Shown: positions 60,585 to 64,000 of the stretch, one piece after another
Layout of the letters: the number at the start of each line of letters is the position of its first letter
Numbering within the stretch: the stretch's first letter is position 1
Assembly: GCA_016219015.1 (NCBI GenBank)
Contig: JACRCL010000027.1
Location: 721 to 64,720, forward strand
Source: Deltaproteobacteria bacterium
Lineage (GTDB): Bacteria > Desulfobacterota > GWC2-55-46
DNA: 64,000 nt
Reading direction: 5' to 3'
Notes under the pieces: model-generated
Databases searched by the model: none
Told to the model about the DNA's origin: nothing
The model's input: the letters and a program-made list of their open reading frames with translations, nothing else
Made by a program: the position numbers and the translations under genes

Positions 60585-61682
60585 TCAGAGCGTTTTTTCG
60601 CCCTCTCCCTTCAGCCGCGGCTCAGGGTCAAGCCCCTCTATCTGCCCGAGCGAATTCAAACTCGCGGCGAACCTCCCGGCCTTTTTATCCACCTCGTCGT
60701 ACTTGGCCTTTGTGTTGCTTATGTGCCTGCCGAGGGTGTCGAAGTCGGCCATGAAGCCGTCGAAGCCGCACCTCAGGCCTTCTATGCGGGAAAGGATCGA
60801 CTGCGCCCTCTCGCTCACCTCGAGGCCCTTGAGGCCCAGGAGTATGGTCTGGAGGTAGGCGTAAAAGCTGTTCGGGGAGACCGGTATCACCCTCTTCGAG
60901 AAGGCGTAAGCGGCGAGCGTATCGTCCCCGTCGCCGGTTATCGCCTCGTAATATACGTTCTCGGCCGGGATGTACATGAGGGCGAAGTTGAGCGTGCCCT
61001 CGGAGGGGAGTATATAGGACCCGGCTATGGCGTCGATGTGCTTCCTGCAGTCGGCGATGAACCTGCGCTTCGCGGCCTTCCGCGCCTCTTCTCCGGGGGA
61101 CTCGACCGCCTTCCTGAAGTTCTCGAGCGGGAACTTCGCGTCTATCGGCACGAGCCCGCCCTTGAGCCTTATGACCCCGTCTACCCTCGCGCCCGTCTTG
61201 AAGGTATACTGGAGCTCGAAGTGCGTCGAAGGCAGGCACTGGCCGAGGAGGTCTCCGAGGAAGAGCTCGCCGAGCCCGCCCCTCAGTTTCGGGCTCCTTA
61301 ATATCTCCTGGAGGCTTGAGATGTCTTTACCTACATCGAATATCCGCTCGGCCGCCTTCGACAGCTCCCCAAGCCCCTGCCTGACGTCGGCAACGGCCTT
61401 TGAGGCGCTGTCCATCCTCTGGCCTATCTGGCCCGTGGAGGCGTGGAGCTGTACGGCTACGGACGAGAGCTGGTCGTTGACCTGCTTAGTGGTATTGGCG
61501 AGCTGATTGGCTATGAGGCTTAAATTGCTGGAAAGGGAGCTCCGGACCTCGGCCCTTAACGACTCGTACTGGGTTTCAAGCATCCGGGCGTCATTCACGT
61601 TGCCCCGCCGCCTTATCGATAAGGCGAGGAAAAGTACCGAGGCCGCGAGGACGGCGAGGAGGGCTATTACGGCTATTTCCAT
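60585..61682 (-). CDS. rmuC: DNA recombination protein RmuC
   Basis: N-terminal TM segment, long coiled coil, and a C-terminal RmuC nuclease-like domain (LRGGLGELFLGDLL...VDGVIRLKGGLVPIDAKFPLE...MYIPAENVYYE). Confidence 0.9.
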   Translation of the reverse strand: MEIAVIALLAVLAASVLFLALSIRRRGNVNDARMLETQYESLRAEVRSSLSSNLSLIANQLANTTKQVNDQLSSVAVQLHASTGQIGQRMDSASKAVADVRQGLGELSKAAERIFDVGKDISSLQEILRSPKLRGGLGELFLGDLLGQCLPSTHFELQYTFKTGARVDGVIRLKGGLVPIDAKFPLENFRKAVESPGEEARKAAKRRFIADCRKHIDAIAGSYILPSEGTLNFALMYIPAENVYYEAITGDGDDTLAAYAFSKRVIPVSPNSFYAYLQTILLGLKGLEVSERAQSILSRIEGLRCGFDGFMADFDTLGRHISNTKAKYDEVDKKAGRFAASLNSLGQIEGLDPEPRLKGEGEKTL

Positions 61683-61699
61683 CTTCGGACGCTTTTGTC

Positions 61700-61735
61700 A
61701 AAAAGCGGGTCACCCTAAGCAAGAGGGGGACCCGC
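61700..61735 (-). terminator. rho-independent terminator after the CoA-activase-related gene
   Basis: On the minus strand, an imperfect GCGGGTCCCCC...GGGTGACCCGC hairpin followed by TTTTT. Confidence 0.55.
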
Positions 61736-61761
61736 TCAAGACCGGAACCTTAAATTAAACT

Positions 61762-64000
61762 TCAGGCCTTCTTGCCGTGCCTATCCATGAACTCCCGCGC
61801 CTGGTGGACGAACGCCTCCATGCGGGTCATCGAGTTCGTATCCTCGGCACCCTCGTAGACCATGTTGAGATAGGGTATATTGTTGTTGTCCTCGCGGAGG
61901 CGCTTCAGTATCGCGTTCACGACCGTGCCCGGCATGCACGTGAACGGCATGGCGTTCACCAGGCCGTGCGCGCCCTTTGATATGTAATCGAGCGCCTTGC
62001 CGACGCTCAAGATCGCCTCTCCCTCGAAGGAGTCGTGTATGTACGGCCCGGCGTACTTCATTATGTCCTCCACCCTCGGCTCGTGCCCGCTCCTCATGTC
62101 CCCGTTCAGTATGTTCTCCATCTTCTTCTCGTCCTTGTGCTGGAAAAAGTCGTTTGTAGCCGTGCGGAGGTAATCCGTCCACTGGCGCCTTTCCCGGCTC
62201 TTCCTCTTGACGCAGAAGTTCGTGTAGAATATCCATTCGGATATCGTCGGCACCCTCACCTCCGCTCCGAGCGCCTCGAGCTTGGTGACCAGGTTCTCGT
62301 TGCTGAAGCGGTTGCTGCGGACGTATATCTCGCCCACCACCCCTATGACGGGCCTGCCCCCCGGAGCGGACACGGGTATCTTCTTGAAGGCCTCCTTCGC
62401 CGACAGAAGCTCCTTTTCAGGGAACTTCCTGTTCCTTACCGAGTCGCAGACCTTGTGGACATGCTCCCAGTAGACCTTGTCGCTCTCGCCGGGGTTCTTC
62501 TCGTACGGGCGCGTCTCCCTGAGCCTCTTCTCCAGGAGGTCTATGGCGACTATCCCCCACCACCCGAGCCTCGGGAAGTTCCCGCCGACCATGCCGAGTT
62601 CCTTGTAGAAGTTGCCGTCCTGGTCGGGAGCGTAGACGGGCACGTCCTTGAAGTTCAGCTCATCGAGTATGAGCCTGTGGTAGCGGTTATACTGGCCGAA
62701 CCTGCACGGCCCGCTGCCCGAGGGCATGAAGAAGGCGCTCTTTTCCGGGTCGAAGCCTTCTTTCTTTACGGTCTTCACCATGTCGCCGGTGGTGAGTATG
62801 CACGGGTAGCACTCCCTGCCGGAGGTGTAGCGCCTGCCCCATTTAAGAGACTCATCGTCCGGCTCCTCCATCACCTCGGCATCCAGGCCGCATGCCTGGA
62901 AAGCGGCGGCTATGGCGTGCGCGCCGTCCGCCATGTTCGGCAGGTATATCTTCTTCTTGAGGTTGGTCCTCTTGAGGACCTCGCTAACCTTCTTATTTAT
63001 TTTTATCTTGCCCTTGATGTTCTTTATGCTGTCGAGGAACGCCTCGCACCTCGTTATCGCCCCGGCGTCGGCCGAGTGCTCGTCTATCTCGAGCTGCAGG
63101 AAGGGCTTGCCGGCGGCCGAGTCCTTGTAGAAGTGCGATATGAGGGAGTCCGGCCCGCAGCCGAAGTTCGTTATGTAGACCGAGAAGAGGCGGTTGTCCT
63201 CGCGTATGAGCCTGGACACGGCCATTATCCTCTGCCCGCTCTTCCAGTACATGTCGTTCGCCAGCGCCTCGTCTATGGCGGAGTCCACGGGGAGCATGTC
63301 GTACGGTATGGCCACGGTGCCCATGTCGCGGAGCTTCTGCGGGAGCTCGAGGTTTATCCCGGAGTCCGTCGTGTTATAGGCCCTGCCGACTATCACAAGC
63401 GCGGTGTCCTCGGGCTTTAAGCTGTCCATGACCTCTTTGCCCCTGGCAAGGAGCCTCCTGTTGAACTCGTCCCCGGCTTCGAGCGCGGCCTTCAATGCCC
63501 TGTCCACGCTCGCCTTGTCCTTGCCGAGAGTCTTGCCGAACTCCTGGAACTCCTTTTTAAGCCCGGCCTCCCTCTGGTTGAAGTGGAAGACCGGAGAGAG
63601 CACCTCTATCCCCTTTTCCTTGAAGTTGAAGGCGGACTTCGAAAGGTACGGTATCGTCTGGACATAAGGGCAGAGCGCCGTGTGGATGTGCCCTTCCTTC
63701 GCGGGCTTCAGGTTCACGATGCTCGGCAGGAATATCTTCTTTACGCCCTTATCTATCAGCTCGTTCACGTGGCCGTGCGCCACCTTTACGGGGAAGCAGG
63801 TCTCCGTGACTATCTTCTCGATCCCGTTTTTTATTATCTCCTTGTTCGTGGGGGAAGAGAGCTGCACCCTGAAGCCGAGGTTGTCGAAGAACGCCTTCCA
63901 GAACGGGTACATCTCGTAGATAAATAACATCCTCGGTATGCCGATGACGGGGGCGTCCTTCCCGGCGATCTTTCCGGTATAGGAGGAAAAGAGCATCTTC
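61762..64000 (-). CDS. CoA-substrate-specific enzyme activase-related protein, C-terminal DUF2229/dehydratase-like portion (partial, continues past the right edge)
   Basis: GIPRMLFIYEMYPFWKAFFDNLGF...TETCFPVKVAHGHV...ITNFGCGPDS...LQLEIDEHSADAG is typical of the C-terminal half of large BadF/BcrA-type activase fusion proteins. The frame stays open to the window end. Confidence 0.8.
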   Translation of the reverse strand, partial: KMLFSSYTGKIAGKDAPVIGIPRMLFIYEMYPFWKAFFDNLGFRVQLSSPTNKEIIKNGIEKIVTETCFPVKVAHGHVNELIDKGVKKIFLPSIVNLKPAKEGHIHTALCPYVQTIPYLSKSAFNFKEKGIEVLSPVFHFNQREAGLKKEFQEFGKTLGKDKASVDRALKAALEAGDEFNRRLLARGKEVMDSLKPEDTALVIVGRAYNTTDSGINLELPQKLRDMGTVAIPYDMLPVDSAIDEALANDMYWKSGQRIMAVSRLIREDNRLFSVYITNFGCGPDSLISHFYKDSAAGKPFLQLEIDEHSADAGAITRCEAFLDSIKNIKGKIKINKKVSEVLKRTNLKKKIYLPNMADGAHAIAAAFQACGLDAEVMEEPDDESLKWGRRYTSGRECYPCILTTGDMVKTVKKEGFDPEKSAFFMPSGSGPCRFGQYNRYHRLILDELNFKDVPVYAPDQDGNFYKELGMVGGNFPRLGWWGIVAIDLLEKRLRETRPYEKNPGESDKVYWEHVHKVCDSVRNRKFPEKELLSAKEAFKKIPVSAPGGRPVIGVVGEIYVRSNRFSNENLVTKLEALGAEVRVPTISEWIFYTNFCVKRKSRERRQWTDYLRTATNDFFQHKDEKKMENILNGDMRSGHEPRVEDIMKYAGPYIHDSFEGEAILSVGKALDYISKGAHGLVNAMPFTCMPGTVVNAILKRLREDNNNIPYLNMVYEGAEDTNSMTRMEAFVHQAREFMDRHGKKA

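Noticed and set aside
1-64000. tRNA, rRNA, tmRNA, RNase P or riboswitch genes.
   Set aside because: Reading the intergenic regions on both strands, I saw no cloverleaf-compatible segments, rRNA-like conserved blocks or familiar riboswitch cores. Absence cannot be proven without tRNAscan-SE/Infernal.

Overview
This is a 64 kb chromosomal window from a Gram-negative bacterium, shown by its LPS-heptose and lipid A genes. GC is moderately high, with heavy AGG/ATA/AAG codon use, and it looks like an uncultured lineage; I cannot assign taxonomy from sequence alone. I support about 66 protein genes and found no rRNA, tRNA, CRISPR array, transposase or integrase.

Content from left to right:
- An EamA transporter and a SpoIIM-like membrane protein.
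- A yggS-proC-yggT-divIVA-yggU cell-division-associated cluster.
- A visibly AT-rich three-gene islet: two tandem signal-peptide DUF4431 paralogs plus an NNPGNI-motif protein.
- A Cache-HAMP-GGDEF diguanylate cyclase and rpoD.
- A YejABEF-like peptide ABC importer.
- A run of 26 consecutive minus-strand genes (rpoZ-gmk-yicC, then 23 LPS genes, 20987-43966). The LPS genes include six GT9 heptosyltransferases, an O-antigen ligase, several GT4/GT2/CgeB-like transferases, two methyltransferases, a deacetylase and an ArnC/ArnT/PAP2/flippase-like lipid A remodelling module.
- A P-type Ca2+-type ATPase and housekeeping genes (nadA, AMMECR1, aminotransferase, coaD, rsmD, yjbQ, cobB).
- A quinone-biosynthesis accessory cluster: SCP2, ubiE, a CGGC protein, ubiB, a UbiK/phasin-like protein and a UbiV-like U32 protein.
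- truA, asd, rmuC and a truncated CoA-activase-related gene.

The intergenic space holds at least five families of palindromic, non-autonomous repeat elements, more than 20 copies in total. Most sit immediately 3-prime of stop codons, and some create false N-terminal extensions in the ORF track.

Most notable leads:
- The AT-rich DUF4431/NNPGNI islet, whose first gene has an A8-tract start-frame disruption.
- The UbiV-like gene with all four Fe-S cysteines, no UbiU in the window and a CGGC protein embedded in the cluster.
- An unannotated 30-aa hydrophobic ORF.
- A G9 tract inside the ArnT-like gene.
- The multi-hairpin repeat families.
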